From contig CM119266.1 in NCBI GenBank assembly GCA_051294375.1, positions 683,682-747,681 of the forward strand: a stretch of 64,000 bases of DNA. Direction: 5' to 3'. Of this stretch, positions 1 through 14,496 are shown in pieces. This DNA is from Paraspadella gotoi. Its lineage: Eukaryota > Animalia > Chaetognatha. Within the stretch, counting starts at the first letter, position 1. Each line of letters opens with the position of its first letter. The notes below the pieces were generated by a model that was not told the origin of the DNA, did no database searches, and worked only from the letters and a program-made list of their open reading frames with translations. Position numbers and translations under genes: made by a program.

Positions 1-692
1 GGGTGGGATATGTGGAGCGGTATCACGTGCCTCTGCCTGGCTTGTCCGATGTCGAAGAGATGTAATTGATAAGGAGAGTGCTGTACTGTGAATGGATCTA
101 GAGTAGGGACGATTTGGGAAATGCAGAGAGACCGTGAGTTGGGAGAGGAGGGTGGGATACGATGGAGTTCTCTTTGTATTGAGTATAGGGGGGAGAAGTG
201 GCCCGATGGAATTAGAGACTGGTGAGTTGGGAGAGGTAGGGTGGGATACGTGGAGTTCTCTTTGTATTGAGTATAGGGGGGCGAGAGGTGGCGATGGGAA
301 TTTTAGAGGACCGTTGAGTTTGGGAGAGGAGGGTGGGATACGTGGAGTTCTCTTTGTATTGAGTATAGGGGGAGACGGTGGCGATGGGAATTAGGGACCG
401 TGGGTTGGGGAAAGGAGGGTGGGATATGTGGAGTTCTCTTTTGTATTGATATAGGGGGGAGAGGTGGGACGAGGGAATAAGAGACCGTGAGGTTGGGAGA
501 GGAGGGTGGGATACATGGAGTTCTCTTTGTATTGAGTATAGGGGGGAGAGGTGGCGATGGGATAAAAGACGTGAGTTGGAGAGGAGGGTGGGATTAACGT
601 GAAGTTCTCTTTGTATTGAGTATAGGGGGAGACTGGTGGCGATGGGAATTAGGGACCGTGGGTTGGGGAAAGGAGGGTGGGATATGTGGAGT
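1..692. repeat. G-rich minisatellite, ~87-bp unit, ~7 copies (truncated by window start)
   Basis: The core ggtgggatac(g)tggagttctctttgtattgagtataggggg recurs at about 151, 240, 332, 418, 505, 587 and 676. Confidence 0.9.
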
Positions 693-1723
693 TTGCTTAG
701 TTTGTGGGAAGAAGAAGAAGAAAAAGAGGGAAATGGAAAAAGTGAAGTTATTTGTGGGTTAAGTTGAAAAGAGAAGAGAAAAAGTGAGCGGGAAATCTTG
801 GACTCGAAGAATGAGTAAGTACAGATCGATTATAACGAGGAGGAAGGAGGAAAAAGAAATTAAATAAAGAAGATAAAAAGTTTTTCAATGGAATTAATTA
901 AGGAAGATAGGGAAAAAGGAATATATAAATCGCAGGAATTAGGAAGGAGGAAAATAAGATGGAAGCAGAAAATAAAGAATGAAAGGAAAAGTAAGGAAAT
1001 GATGGAAGAAAGGGTGGAAGGAAAGGAGGAAACTGACGGTGAAGGTAGAAAAAAAAAAAGGAAGAGAGAAAAAATATGAGAGGTCGCTGGATAAACTATT
1101 TCCAGGGCTGAGTTTTGAGGAGAAATAGAGCAAGCGCGAATGGTAATTAGATGCGAATAAAGGGATATAAGTTTATGTATACTTATTAATTTTCTTAATT
1201 ATTTTTCCTAATCCAAATAGTGCTCTCGGTACTGGTTGGCCGACGAATATCGAAAACTCCCGCTCAAACTTTGAATCGGCGAAAAGAGAAAAGTGGAGAG
1301 AATAGATCGAACTCATATCGACGTCGAAGAACGAAGAGAGATTTATGCTTTATTGAATTATGGGTCATAAATCTGTCTATGAAATAAAGCGGTTACGATG
1401 GCCATGAAATGGGTCCATCGCTCTTAATTTATCCTCTTCGTTTTTTCCGGATAATAATGTAGAAAAACAATATTGTAAATGAGAAAATTGTCATGAATCG
1501 GAATCCCCTTTATATTTTGTTGTCCGTGAAATTTATAGTTAACTATTTCATAGTATATGATATAACACATTTGTCTGTATTAGTTCACAATACCTTAATT
1601 CTTGCCTCTCGATTTCGCTGTCGTGTCCAATTCTTTTCGGCGAGGAATTACCCGCCAGCGATTCAACGATGAAGGGGGGTAGGGCAGAAAGGTGAGGTGA
1701 GGGGAGGAAGATGATGAAAGGTC

Positions 1724-1726
<3 letters not shown>

Positions 1727-1796
<70 letters not shown>

Positions 1797-1799
1797 GAG
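1727..1799. repeat. (AG)n microsatellite
   Basis: Nearly pure AG dinucleotide run. Confidence 0.95.
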
Positions 1800-2361
1800 C
1801 GAGACAGACCACGTTCGCAACCAGGAAATAATGAATATTTGATCCCAGCGCGTCGAGAGAGTGAGACGCAAAGTCGATGGCTAATGTGGAGTTGGGTTTA
1901 AGGGAAAGTGACGCTGGGATTCGAGGTAAGGTCAAAGGCGATGAGAGGTGAGAGGTGAGGTAAGTAAGTTAAGGGGTGAATTCCGTCGAAAGTGTCAATA
2001 GTTTAGACGAGATTGAAGAATTAGTTTAAGAATTATATTTTGTACTTTGTACCTATTTCATGATAAATAATAAATGATGAGCTGACTTTTAGCGGCGAAA
2101 GGATTTGACGAGGCTTAAGCCTTCGTTGAATTCAGGGCAGTTGAGTTTTAAATTTAAATTTAATAATTTTCTTTTCTATGTCGACTTCCGTCGCTATTGG
2201 AGTTATTATCGAAAACCAACTTCAATTTATTTCAGAAATGAAAAACAATTTCGAAAAGTTTATCTTTATAACGGAAACCGTCTTTATAATCCAATTCAGG
2301 GAAATCTCCGAACGGAAATGTCCTTTATTAGATTTGGAATGTGGAATAGTTGCATTTTTTC

Positions 2362-2505
<144 letters not shown>

Positions 2506-3251
2506 CCATTCTCTTCTTGTTATGCCTTTCAATTTCTCGTTTCCAGCAATCCCCTCCTCACGGGGCCTCCAGGGAAATACTCGCCAAACTTGGCCGAGGG
2601 GAAGGGGAGAGGTGAGGGGAAGATGGAGATGGAGATGGAGGAAGTGGGAAGTGGACGAGGAAATAGAGACTGGAGAGTGAAGTGGAAAAGGGAGAGAGGA
2701 GAAAGGAAAGATTCTAAATCAAGAAACTGAATGAGAGAAAGATGTTGTGGCTAAAAAAAAAATGAAACTTGTTGAGTTGGGAATATAGGGGATAAAGTCG
2801 AGAGAAGAAAAGAAAAAGGAAAACAGAAGAAAAAGAAAGATAGAAAATAGTAAAAGAGAAAATGAGGATGCCTCAGGGAACTGTGAAGAAAGATAGAGAG
2901 AGAGGGGAAATTGAGAACTGGGATTAACTGAGGAAAAACAAAGCAGTGAAAATTGTAGCATTGACAAGAAACGAATCAGTTGTCTTCAATTGTCCTGTAG
3001 AAAAGTAAGAAAAAAAAGTTAAAGCAATTTGGGGAAAGATTAGGAAGTTAATAAGTTGAAAAGAAAAAAGTAACCCTTTAAATTTAAAAAAAGAATAAAA
3101 AATATATTATAATTTATGATTTATTTTTCATATTTCTTTCATAATGTAATATAATATTCTATTAAATCTATTCTTTAAATGAATAAAAGTGAGAGAAAAG
3201 TACGAAGGAATGAAGTCGAGGAATAACTAAGAAGAAAAGACGAGTAAGAAA

Positions 3252-3500
3252 AAGAATAAAAGGATTAAAGTGAGAAAGACAATAAAAGGATTAAAGTGAG
3301 AAAGAGAATAAAAGGATTAAAGCGAGAAAGAGAATAAAAAGATTAAAGCGAGAAAGAGAATAAAAGGATTAAAGCAAGAAAGAAAATAAAAGGATTAAAG
3401 TGAGAACGAGAATAAAAGGATTAAAGCGAGAAAGATAATAAAAGGATTAAAGTGAGAAAGAGAATAAAAGGATTAAAGGAGAATTAAAAAGATTAAAGTA
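3252..3500. repeat. 26-bp tandem repeat (agaataaaaggattaaagtgagaaag)
   Basis: About 9 tandem copies; the same unit recurs at ~3950-4025 and 14497-14612. Confidence 0.9.
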
Positions 3501-3506
3501 AGAAAG

Positions 3507-3920
3507 GAAGAACATAATCCAAATGTCAAATATATCTTAATTTTAGCGTTGACTTTCGAATGGTTCAATCGGGAGAACGAGAATAAAGAAGGTAAAGATA
3601 GGGAAAAACTAAGGAAAAAGACGACCATCACGAGCACGACGTCACGAGTTCACGAGTTACGGATCAGCAGGTCCAAACGGAGTCCGACGGCGAAGAATAA
3701 AAGGACGGTACATTAAAGCAAAGACATTCCAATTTCCCAAATATTATAATAGCGGTGTTGGACTAGTCGAGATGAGAGCTACATCAAAAGGGACGAAGGA
3801 TGAGAGGCGAAAAACTTTAAGGAAAAAAAAAAAAAAAAATGACGCAACAATCACGAGTCACGAACGTCTCAAGAAAGGTCATTAACCAAGTTGGAACTCA
3901 GTAACGAGAATAAAAACAAG
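3507..3920. repeat. Degraded copies of the ~150-bp satellite interleaved with the 26-bp repeat
   Basis: Contains atcttaattttagcgttgactttcgaatggttc and gacgaccatcacgag as in 15475-17830, mixed with gaataaaagga pieces; ends at a 25-N gap. Confidence 0.75.
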
Positions 3921-5224
3921 GNNNNNNNNNNNNNNNNNNNNNNNNNTCAATTAAAGTGACAAATAGGAAATAAAAGGATTAAGTGAGAACAAGAATAATA
4001 AGGATTAAAGTGAAAAGAGGATTAAAGAATTAACGGAGTCTGTTCATTAAGATTGAAAAAAAATTGAAAAACTTAACGAAAATAAAAAAACTTTTGTCCG
4101 ATGGTCATTTAATTCGCCCTTTTACCGGTGGTACAGATTGCGCCAATCCAAAATTTTCTTCGATGCCTCAACTTACCAGATTAATTAAGGTTCTAATAGT
4201 GGCAAATCTTCTAAAGGACCTCTCTCTGAAAGCAATTAAGCGAGCCCCAATTAGTCTTTGGTCATACTTACTTCGAATCATGACTGACAATTTGGGTAGT
4301 ATGGCATTTTAGTCATTTTTCAAAATCTTTGATGGTAAAGTCAAATAAAATTATATAAGAAAAAATACCCTCAATCTTTGCACTCGTCTTAATTCACATA
4401 GAAGCATTGTGATTGATTACAATAATCGATACTCCCAAAATGGTGCCAAAGTCCTGAATTTCGGTTTGAATGCATAAACTTTAGTTTTATTTTGTTTTTT
4501 CCCCAGGAGATGCTTTTTTTAGGTGATATAAATGTTGGTTTGTTTCTTTTTTCTGTACAGCAAAATTTCAACAATTCCTATAATGCATTTAGCTGCAGAA
4601 TATAAAGCATGTGAAACGTAATGAAGCGCATGCGTCTCTCGTCGAATTACTCAGAGAAAACTTAGATTAGAAATAAGTTGTTTACCTCTTGATTCTTCGT
4701 ACCTCAATTTATTTTTTCTTTGCTTTTATTTTTGGAAGAAAGTCTTTTTTATTTATTTCGGACAAAGATTGTTTCAAATGGGATGAGTTCATGCATTAGA
4801 ACCTCCAATCAAGCTAAGACAAATTTGAAAAAATGCTCTTATATGTTATACCTTTTATCAGAGTAATCAGAAACACATTCATCACCATCATGAAAGAAAT
4901 TCTGCTGTGAAGGAGTACAGGATCGGCTAGTACAATCTTTGAGTAAGTGATATCTAGAAATATAAATTTTGGATTGGTGCCATCTCTGTACCCGGGAAGA
5001 AAGGAATCAATGACCGATCGCGGTACGATCTTCTTTTTCTTTTTTTTAAATTTTTTTTTTCAGGATCCCATGAGCAGGACTCCCGGTTAAAGTGAGCAAA
5101 GAGAAATTTTAAAAGGATTGTATAAGTGGAAAGAGAGTAAAAGCGATTAAAGTGGAGAAGAGAATTAAAAGTTTCAGAAGTGCCACCCGCAGGAACGAGG
5201 AATAAAAGGAATAAAAGTCGTAGA

Positions 5225-6154
5225 AAAGAGAAAAAGGAATTAAAGCGGGCGGAAAGGAGAAAAGAGAAGAGAAAGGAGACACTGCCACGCCCTATCTTGG
5301 GCGGGTGGGGAGAAAGAAGATGAAGCCTGATGAAAAGGAAAAAAAAGAGAAAGTGAAAAGGTTGAAGGGCAGGAGTGGCGTGTGTGAATAACAGAAATGT
5401 AAGAAAAAAAAGGGAAGAAAGAGAATTGATAGTGAGGACGGGAAAGAAAAAGAACAGATAAGGAGAAACGGTAGGAATGAGAGAGAAAGAAAAAGTATGA
5501 ATAATTAAGGAGGGACTGATAGTGATAAAGAGATAGACCGAAGCCAAAACGTCACCACCCATTTTGAGTTTTTCCAAAACCGAAGACGCTATGAAAGAAG
5601 TTCATAACTCGTTTACGTTAATACCCAATTCTTCTGCCGACTCGATATTTCCGTATCTATATATCATTTGAATAAAAATTGAGTCACAAAGAATTACATA
5701 AGTAAGCAAACTCTATTTTGTTATATCATTCCGATAGTTAGTGCGACTATCAAATCTGTAACTGTTCTGGGTTTTATAACATGAATTTTTTTTAATTATG
5801 ATCAGAGTCAAAGGGATTAATTGATACTTTTTATTTAATCGCGAATCATTTGTTTTAAAAAACGATTCCCAATATTAATATCTTGAGTCTCTCCCATCTG
5901 TTTTTTCTTCTAAGAAAATTAGATCCTCTCAATTTGACAAACTCTCATTCTCTATTTCTTCTCTCACTTCGGTACAGAACTTTTCTCGGACATGAAACCT
6001 ACCCTCCTATTTAATAAATTTCCATGAAGCGCATTCTCACCCTTTTCTAATTCTCGACCGGCGGGAGGTACCGCGCCGGACGGTGTGAGATGAGGGCAGG
6101 CCTGACCTTACCCAGAGGCTGAATTAAGTGGTACAAGAAAGAAGTTTTAGAGAG

Positions 6155-6156
<2 letters not shown>
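5225..6156 (+). repeat. Duplicated block, partner at ~14590-15440
   Basis: Shared unique strings such as gagacactgccacgccc, gaagccaaaacgtcac and cctgaccttaccc, in the same order. Confidence 0.9.
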
Positions 6157-6185
<29 letters not shown>

Positions 6186-6478
6186 AAAAAAAAAAAAAAA
6201 AAAAAAAAAACCAGAAGGAGTGAGGGAGACGAGAGGATGACGACCTCGCGGGAGAAGGGGAGAAGATTGGGTGAGAGAGAGTACGTTGAGAAGTAAGGAG
6301 AAATGTGAAGCACGAGGAGAGAGGAGAGTATGTGATTCGACGAGGAGATGAGAGAGAGAGAGAGAAGAGAGGAGAGAAAAAAAAAAAGAGAGAAGAGAGA
6401 GAAGAGAGAGACGAGAGAGAGAGAGGAGAGATGAGAGAGAGATGGAGAGAGAGACGAGAGAGAGAGAGAATGAAGAAT

Positions 6479-7060
6479 GGTTAAAAGCGTGGGAAAACAA
6501 AGGGACTTTCAACGACTGGGTGATGGCTTCGGTAGGGAATAGGTGTGAACTTTGGGGTGCTGGAGTTAGCGAAGTTGAAGAAGTGGCGTCTGAGTTAGGT
6601 GAGGCGTTCGTGCCTCCGGGCGAATGGTGAGGAATAAATGGGTTAGGGAATTCGGCGCTACTGACCGGACTCAAAGTTAATCTTCCATTTTGAATCAGAA
6701 ATCGAATTGGAAAGTTTATTCTATCATTTCCAAATAAAAAATTGTCTGTTTTCGACAATTTATTAATTAATTATATTTTCAATGCGAAATTTTTATTTAT
6801 ATTATTATATATTTATATTTATATTTTATTTTATTGGACATTATTTTTACTTTTCATTAATTTAGACTTATAAATGTTTCTTTTTGGTCGAAATTGTCGT
6901 TTCAGATTGTTTCGGAAATAGTTACCTTTCTCAAAAACTCGATTTAAATATTTTTTAAATCTTTTTTTCAACATAATAACTAAATCTTCGTTAAACAAAT
7001 ACTCAACTTAAAAAGTAAATCCTCCACGTGGCAAGCACCACAAAAATAAAGTGTCGGGTC
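6479..7060 (+). repeat. Duplicated block, partner at ~24229-24786
   Basis: Shared text from aaacaaagggactttcaacgactgggtg to ctcaact..aaaagtaaatc. Confidence 0.9.
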
Positions 7061-7204
7061 GATAGCTCACTCTCTCTCTCTCTCTTCTTCTCTCTCTCTT
7101 CTCTCTTAATCCTCTCTCTCTCTCTCTCTCTCTCACTACATCACACAACAAAAACTCACAGTGTCGGGATAGCGCTCTTCTCTCTCCTCTTCTCTTCGCT
7201 CTCT

Positions 7205-7277
<73 letters not shown>

Positions 7278-8342
7278 TTTATTTAAACCGAAATTCTTGG
7301 AGCCAAGAGGTCATCGCTCCGAGAGAATTTTCTCATTTGTCTCCTTATTCCCTTTTTCTCTTTTTTTTCTCTTTCGTATGTTTAACTCTTTCTTTCGAGT
7401 CGGTCTATTAGTACAAAGATCGTATTGAACAAGATATTTCTTCTTTTTATTCTCAATCATCTTCTTTCTTTTATTCGTACTACATTCTTTGACTTTGGTT
7501 TCGTCTTTTTTTTATTTTTCTTTTTCTTTTTCTTTTTGGACGCGTCCCGAGATTTTCGTACAGGTCACTGTGATTTTGCTTTTGTTGACGTTGGCATGGA
7601 AACAAACCGACATGCGTAGGCAGAAGCATAAGCTGGGATTGACGTTGAGAGGGAAGAGCCATGGTTGAGTTAGAGATAAGTAGGGGAATCGAGAGTGTGG
7701 TGACCAGTCAGAGGTGAATTATAGGTGATTGGTTGAAAAGTGAAGAGAGAAGGGAAAAGCCATAAAGCAAAGGGAAAGATCGGAAAAATAGAAAAGAAAG
7801 GCAAAAGGGAAAAGCCAAAATAAAAAATAGAAAGAGCGGAATTAAGGGCAACGCGGCCAACAGGGCAAAAGGTGCTAAAATAGCGAAAATAGGGAAAAGG
7901 GGAAGTTTTCAAAGTGAGATGCGGGAAGGACAAGCAGGTTAAATCGGCGAAGCGAAGACTCGTGGCTTAAGGCCCAAGGGACGTCAGAGGCACGACAGGC
8001 TGGTGATGGCAAGTTATCAAAACCGATTGACAGGCGATGAGGGTATGAGAAAGATTTCATTAGTTCTAAACTTCTAGCGTTTGTGCTCACACTAAACACA
8101 GTCGGGAAAAAAATCCAAGCAGCTTGGGCTAAAGAAGAAAGCTTATCTTCCGAAAGCGAACGGAACTGCGTCGTACTGCCGCGTGTTGTGAAATGTTGTT
8201 GACGGAGAGATAAGGAAAATAGAGATGTGAGACAGAGACAATGATAGGAGGAGGGAGTTCGATTCACGAGGAACACCGATAGGACGAGTCGTTTCTGACA
8301 AAATTTTTAGCGTTCTCCCTTTCTAACCCGCTCTCTCTCTCT

Positions 8343-8388
<46 letters not shown>

Positions 8389-9482
8389 TAAAGCTTTTAA
8401 CAACTTCCTCGACAGCAATAAAACAAGAGCACCAAATTTCTATCATCGTCTCTTTTCAAGAAAAGAAAAAGAGAAAGAAGAAAAGAAAAGAAAAGAAAAA
8501 AATAGAAAAAAATAAAAAAAAACCTTAAACAAAAAACGGAAAGAAATCTAAACAAAAATTTTTTCTGCTTCGAAATTTTTTCGTGACAATCTTTATTAAA
8601 AATGAAAAAAAAAGACATTTAATTACATAGTTGTTAAAATAAAGAAAAAACGAGGAACATTTGACCCGACCCGGAGGATTCAATTGCCTTTTGAGTCCAG
8701 TCAAAGGTTAAAAAGGCTGAGAAATTTTAAAAACTTGTTCTCCCGTTTATCTTACGAGATCAAAATTTGGTGAGAAAATGAGCGTGACATGGTTTTTTCA
8801 ATTGTTGTTGTTTGTGGACATTTTAATTTTTCTTGCAAGCTTGATCATCTCCCCTAATTTCATATTTCTCATTTGTTCTTCTCAATTTAGGTCAATGTAG
8901 CCGCGAACTCAACCTTAAAGTTTTTTTACAATCATTTAACTGAGAATCAATTTGAGTGTAAAGAAAAGAATGTTTTATGTAACAATTAATACTTCTTTGT
9001 ATTGATAATTGAAGAAGTTTTTTGACCGCGTTCCACAATTTTATTTTCTTACTTGTTTTCTTTTTATCTGAATAATGAACAAAAAGGGATAAAAAGATTA
9101 CAAATCTTAACATTAATTTTTTTTGTTAGAATCGAGAATATTTATACACACACAAAAGAGCGAGTCTTTGTGGATGATAAAAATGCTAGAATAATATGAA
9201 TATAAAACAATTCTCTAGGTAGAACGGCGGAAATGTATAGCGACAGGAACATCCGTAGTACCGAGAAGATAGAAACACAGAGAGAGAGGAGAGGAGACGA
9301 GAGAGAGAGCAAGATGAGAGAGGAATTAGAGAGAGATGATGAGAGGGATTGGAGAGAGAGAGAGAGAGAGAGACGGAGAATCTTCTGGTCGGCGGTTACT
9401 TAAAGACCTTCCTAGGGGACCCATTATGCAAAAAAGTGGAACCTTAAAAATTATATAAATATTTAGTATTTACCGCGAAAAC

Positions 9483-9836
9483 AGGCGATGATTCGTTTGT
9501 GTCAGGCGTATGATTTCGTTTGTCAGCGGATGATTTTCGTTGTCAGTGCGATGAGTTTCGTTTCGTCAGCGATGATTTCGTTTGTAGGCGATGATTTCGT
9601 TCGTCAGGGCGATGATTCGGTCAGGCGATTGATTTCGTTTGTCAGACGATGATTTCGTTCGGTCAGGCCGATGATTTCTGTTTGGGTCAGGCGAGATTTC
9701 GTTTGCTTCAGGCGATGATTCTTCGTTTGTCAGGCGATGATTTCGTTTGTCAGGCGATATTTTCGTTCGTCAGGCGGATGATTTTGTTTGTCAGGCAATA
9801 TTTCGTTCGTCAGGCGATGATTTCGTTCGATCAGGC
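9483..9836. repeat. 20-bp minisatellite (tcaggcgatgatttcgtttg)
   Basis: Head-to-tail copies with no spacers. Confidence 0.93.
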
Positions 9837-10204
9837 CTCTGAAATTCTCGCCCGATGGTTTACTAATTATTTTATTTCAACAATAATTATTTGTTTACCT
9901 TTGTATACTTGACATACTTAATACTGAATTGCGCATACAAAAAATTAATTGAGCAAACAATTAGTTAATTAATTAATATACAATAATTAATTAGGTTGAT
10001 TAATTATTTTTTTATAATTAATCGTCTTTAGGCGACTTCATCAGATTAAGTTTTTTTCCAACGTCGTTCTTTGTCTTCGTCGTCTTTTCGTTAATGTAAT
10101 AATTCAATAATTAATAAATAACAATCAGTTAATAATTAATTTAAATAGTTAATTTATTTTTAAAACATTTGATCTAAGTAACTTCTTGGACAATATATAG
10201 GGTT

Positions 10205-10273
10205 GGGACCGACGGACCTGACAAAAGTGAATTATAGAGCCGGAATTTCTGCTATAATCAGATCCGGCTTAAA
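10205..10273 (-). mobile_element. Helentron/DINE-like (HINE) terminus, duplicate of 29905-29969
   Basis: Degraded version of the T-tract, hairpin, ctctataattcacttt and gtcggtcc layout. Confidence 0.4.
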
Positions 10274-10731
10274 CATTCAAGAAAAGTTTATGAACATCAA
10301 TCACTCGGGAGCCAATTTTCAAAAGGCGAAACGAAAATATTCTTATCTCGTAACAAAACCACAGATCAAATTCGTGAAAAAATCTTCACAATTTCTAAAC
10401 GGATCAATGCGATTCGTTTGAAGCGGCCCTGTCGAAGCAATTACTTAAATTTAATTAAGAGAAAAATGTTTTAATAATGTTCGTTTTCGATAGAAGATTT
10501 TTTTTCAAATATCCATTTTTGATAATTATTTAAAGTTTATATTTGATTCTAAAATTATTTGTTTGTTGTTGACCTTAAACCTTATGTCTATTTCTTGTAA
10601 CACCTAACTGACTCGCTTTAATTATGAAAATAAATCAAAAATTCTTTTAAATAAAAAAAGTTTTGTTTTGTATATTTTCTTTTTCTAACTGACACCCGCT
10701 AATTTTTCCATTTTGAAGTCGACTTTGAACG

Positions 10732-10857
10732 ATGCTTCGCTCGATCCCCCAAATCACACTGCGAACCAACTCGTCGGCCGAGTCGACGATCCGAAAAGTA
10801 AGTCCATCTCTTTACTAGACCATTTATTTGTATCTTTTAATTAATTCGCTCTCTCTC

Positions 10858-10932
<75 letters not shown>

Positions 10933-13900
10933 CCCCTTTCCCGTCCGCAGAATAAATTCCTCCGCCAGAATCCCAGATTTTTCAAAGAGAATGGGAAGCG
11001 AGAATTTCGCAAAAGGTTTATCAAATGTGGAATGGGTTGGACTATTGAGAACGACATGGGTCTCAGCCGGTTACAATGTGACTTAGTCGAGCTTTCGGGC
11101 AAAACATACTATCATTGTGAAAGGAATTTTCAAATTTTACGAAATACATCGAAGATTAATATTTATTATGTTTAATTTTAAAAAATTTACTGCACTTTAC
11201 GCAATTACTAAAATAAATATATTAAAATGTATTGATAACGAATTCCTTTGCCCATTGACCAGGGGGCGCTCTGGACGTCGAGTACGTGGTTCGCTCAACT
11301 TGGACAAGGTCCGCCCGAATCGGACATATGCTGCTCCGGCACTGGGCTCGTGGGTGCGTTGCTCAAGCGCAACGGGTTCGTCAATGTGGATGGACTCGAT
11401 TCTCTCTGCGGTAAGACAAAGAGGTAAAGTTGCTCGCAACGATTGAAAGTTCTCTCTGCGTTATATGTTTAGTATTCTTAGTATGTATTAAATTAGTAAT
11501 AAGTTTCTTATTTATGTAAAATTATGAATTGTTTAATTCGCCGGTGCCTTCTACCAGATAAATCATTTTCTCGTATTTTTCGTTGGCATCAGGAAATTTT
11601 AGAGGCACGCGGACAAGCAAAGGAAAATCTACAAGAATTACTATTGTGCCAGTTCGGTAGCAATCCGCCCAGTCCCATTGCGGCCTGGTTAAATGCAACT
11701 TTGAGATTAACGCGTAAACCAAAATATTTCAACATTTTTGTCCTTTGCGTTAAGGTCAGCTACGACTCGTGGTCACCGTGTCGGGCAGTTTTCGCGACGG
11801 CCTTTGGATTGCGACGCTTTGAGAGATTTGTTTGCGACTCTTAAAGGTCGCGAGGTTACGTCTCAACGCCTATTGCGGGGAAAACCTGCGCAGGAAGTTG
11901 CCCGCATTTTAGGTTAATTGTTGTTAAGGTGTGACGTTAAATATAAAAATTATTCATTCATTAATAATAAGCAATCTTGCCCTGACTTTGAACAGCTTTT
12001 GGTGGTTTAAGGCCTCCATCACTCTTACACGGATAATGACATTAGCAGGTCCCTGCAGCTTTCAATCAAACAACCATGGATCTTAGTTCATTTTAAGTTT
12101 TGTTTAACTTTTCAACAAATTTTGATGCAATTTTTTGATACTATTTTTATGCCAAATTTTACGCTAAATCTGATTCTAATTTAAATCTCCCCACTTTATC
12201 TCCTCTCTCCATCTCTCAGGCAAAATTTTGACCCGTACTGTCGCGCCCTTTGTGAAGGCGAAGAAATGGCGTTTGGTGTGACGAACACGTCAATCCCGAT
12301 CACTTCTCAATTGAACATCGCGGACTCGTTACAAGTGCTTGATCGCAAAAGCGATGGCGGAGTGTCCGTACAAGGTAAATAGGAAAGAAAAAAGAAGAAA
12401 AAGCCTCGGTCGCTTGTGTCTATTTTTTTTTGTTTTCGTATTGTTTACGGTTTCAAGTTTGAGTTTTGATTATTATTGATTCTTTGTCACAATGACGGAC
12501 ATCAAAGGATCATTTGATGGTTCGATTAATTGAATTTATGTATGGGGAAGAAGAGTTTAGCGTTTCGATCTTAACGGCAAATTAGGCAAAAACTTTAGGC
12601 ATAGTAGGCATAGTAGGCAGTGTTATAAACCGTTGTGTTAGCCTGTTTTCATACTCGGAGATTACCTGTTGCTTGTTTCGTGCTCTTGCCTGTGCGTAGC
12701 GGAATTAGAATTCTACATTAAAAAAATTTAACGTATTGCACCTATTTTTTTAAAAAGGCTTTTTAATTGATTATATTATTATTATTAGTATTAGTCGATA
12801 TATTTTATTAAAAACGAATTTGTAAACGTCAATGACTCAAAACACTCTTCTTAGGACGTTAATAATATTTGTCAACCTTCCTTCCTCCCAGAGTCGGCCG
12901 ATCTGAAACCACCGCTGTCGAGGGCCTGCGTCTCTCGGGACATGGATCAAAGGTTGCGAGAAGTCCGAAGGTCGAGGAGCTCACTCGCTCGATGTGGGTC
13001 GCAGATTATCTCCGGCTTCTTTTAAGAATCGGGGCAATGAGAGCAAAATCCTCGTTCGTTAGGAGAAAGGAGCGGAGAGGAATTATAGTGAGCGAGGCTC
13101 AGGCACAGGGTTTTCGATAGCATAGTTATGAAAACATTAATTAATGATATCATTACAATATTTATTTATTTATTTATCTATTTATTTTATTTATTTTATT
13201 TATTATCTTATTTATTTATTTATTTATTTATTTTATTTATTTATTTATTTATTATTTTATTTATTTATTTATTTATTTATTTATTTCCTTAGAAGTAATT
13301 ATTTCTACTTTAATTCGGAATTCTCATTAGTTTGTAAATCAATGGGTAAATTATTTATATGATAGACTTCGAAATCGATCGAGCGATCAGCATTCAAAAG
13401 CCCGTAATTTGGTCGATACGCCGGGCGAATCTGATAGTGACTGGCTGTTATTTTTATTTTTACTTCAGGCGTAACAGAGTTGACAATGATTCTCTTCATA
13501 AATTGCCAATGAAAAAGAATGATTATAGGAGGTAAGTTAATTTACAGAATGAAAGAGTAAATAGAATTTATTAGAATGATATATACTTTACTAAAAAGAT
13601 GAGCACTTAAAATGAAAACTAAAAGCAAGGGATAAAGAAAGATATAGCAAAAAGAAAGAAATAAATAATCCATTTTCCCTCCCCCCCCTCATTTTCCCAG
13701 CCTTCTCGATCGCCGCCGTCGTCTCGGCCCCTTGAAACCAACGCTACTTCCGTTCGCCGGACTCCAACTCACTTGCGTCGGTTTCACGCCTTCCGGTCAC
13801 GTGTGTTTTTCACCGCGCGCGTTCACGAGGACGACGCAACCGAAACGTTCGACGAGGAAGACGAAGTCGTCGGCTGCGCGGTTGGAGCAGGGTCCGATGG

Positions 13901-14032
13901 GAACTCCTCATTGACCACGTCATAACTGGTAGGCGTTGTCGGCGACGACGAGACGACGACGACGACGACGACGACGACGATTGCCTGAGTTCTCGAGTTC
14001 TACTTCGACGTTTCAGCGAAGAGAAGAATTGA
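10732..14032 (+). pseudogene. Frameshifted duplicate of the METTL27-like gene (probably an assembly artefact rather than a true pseudogene)
   Basis: All exons of 30418-33529 are present in order, but with many 1-bp indels in exons and introns alike. Confidence 0.75.
13160..13285. repeat. (ATTT)n microsatellite (intronic; partner at 32731-32830)
   Basis: Tetranucleotide run. Confidence 0.9.
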
Positions 14033-14496
14033 TTGAGAGATCGATGAAGCTCCAAGTTTTCGTCAAGTTTGAAAAAGTACTTCAGAATGTTAAAGGTTTA
14101 GAACCTTAAGCAACTTTGTGTTAATATTTTATTGCTACACTCGTAATTTTTGTTTGCACTGGCAAATTTGAGTTTTATTTATTTCGATTAAAGACGTTTT
14201 TTAGATGGCTTAACTTTTTTTTCGTTTACTTATAAATCTTTTGCGGACTGTTAATTTTGCTTTTCTTCTCTCTCTTCACTCTTTCTCTCTTTCTCTCCTC
14301 TCTCCTCTCTCTCTCTCTCTCTCTTCTCTCCCTCTCTTCTCTCTCTCTCTTCTTCTCTTCTCCTCTTTCTCGTCTCTCTCCATTTTCCGCCACGGTTTGA
14401 TTTAATGGCTAGCTAGGGTCCTTCTTTCGACACCGAAAAACAACGAAAAGAAACTTTAAATTTGAAAATGTTCTTTACCAATCTCCTCTCTCTCTT

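Larger units (their letters stand above)
7262..14479 (+). repeat. ~7-kb duplicated block (indel-rich copy), partner at ~27060-33965
   Basis: Colinear over its whole length, including the minisatellite, HINE-like end, all methyltransferase exons and introns. It differs mainly by single-base insertions. Confidence 0.93.

Noticed and set aside
7141-7175. RSS-like CACAGTG heptamer next to an ACAAAAACT nonamer-like word
   Set aside because: The nonamer-like word precedes the heptamer with no 12/23 spacer, and it sits in CA/CT microsatellite sequence.
9483-9836. 20-bp repeat array (also 29113-29550) as a CRISPR array
   Set aside because: The repeats are contiguous with no unique spacers, there are no cas genes, and the context is eukaryotic.
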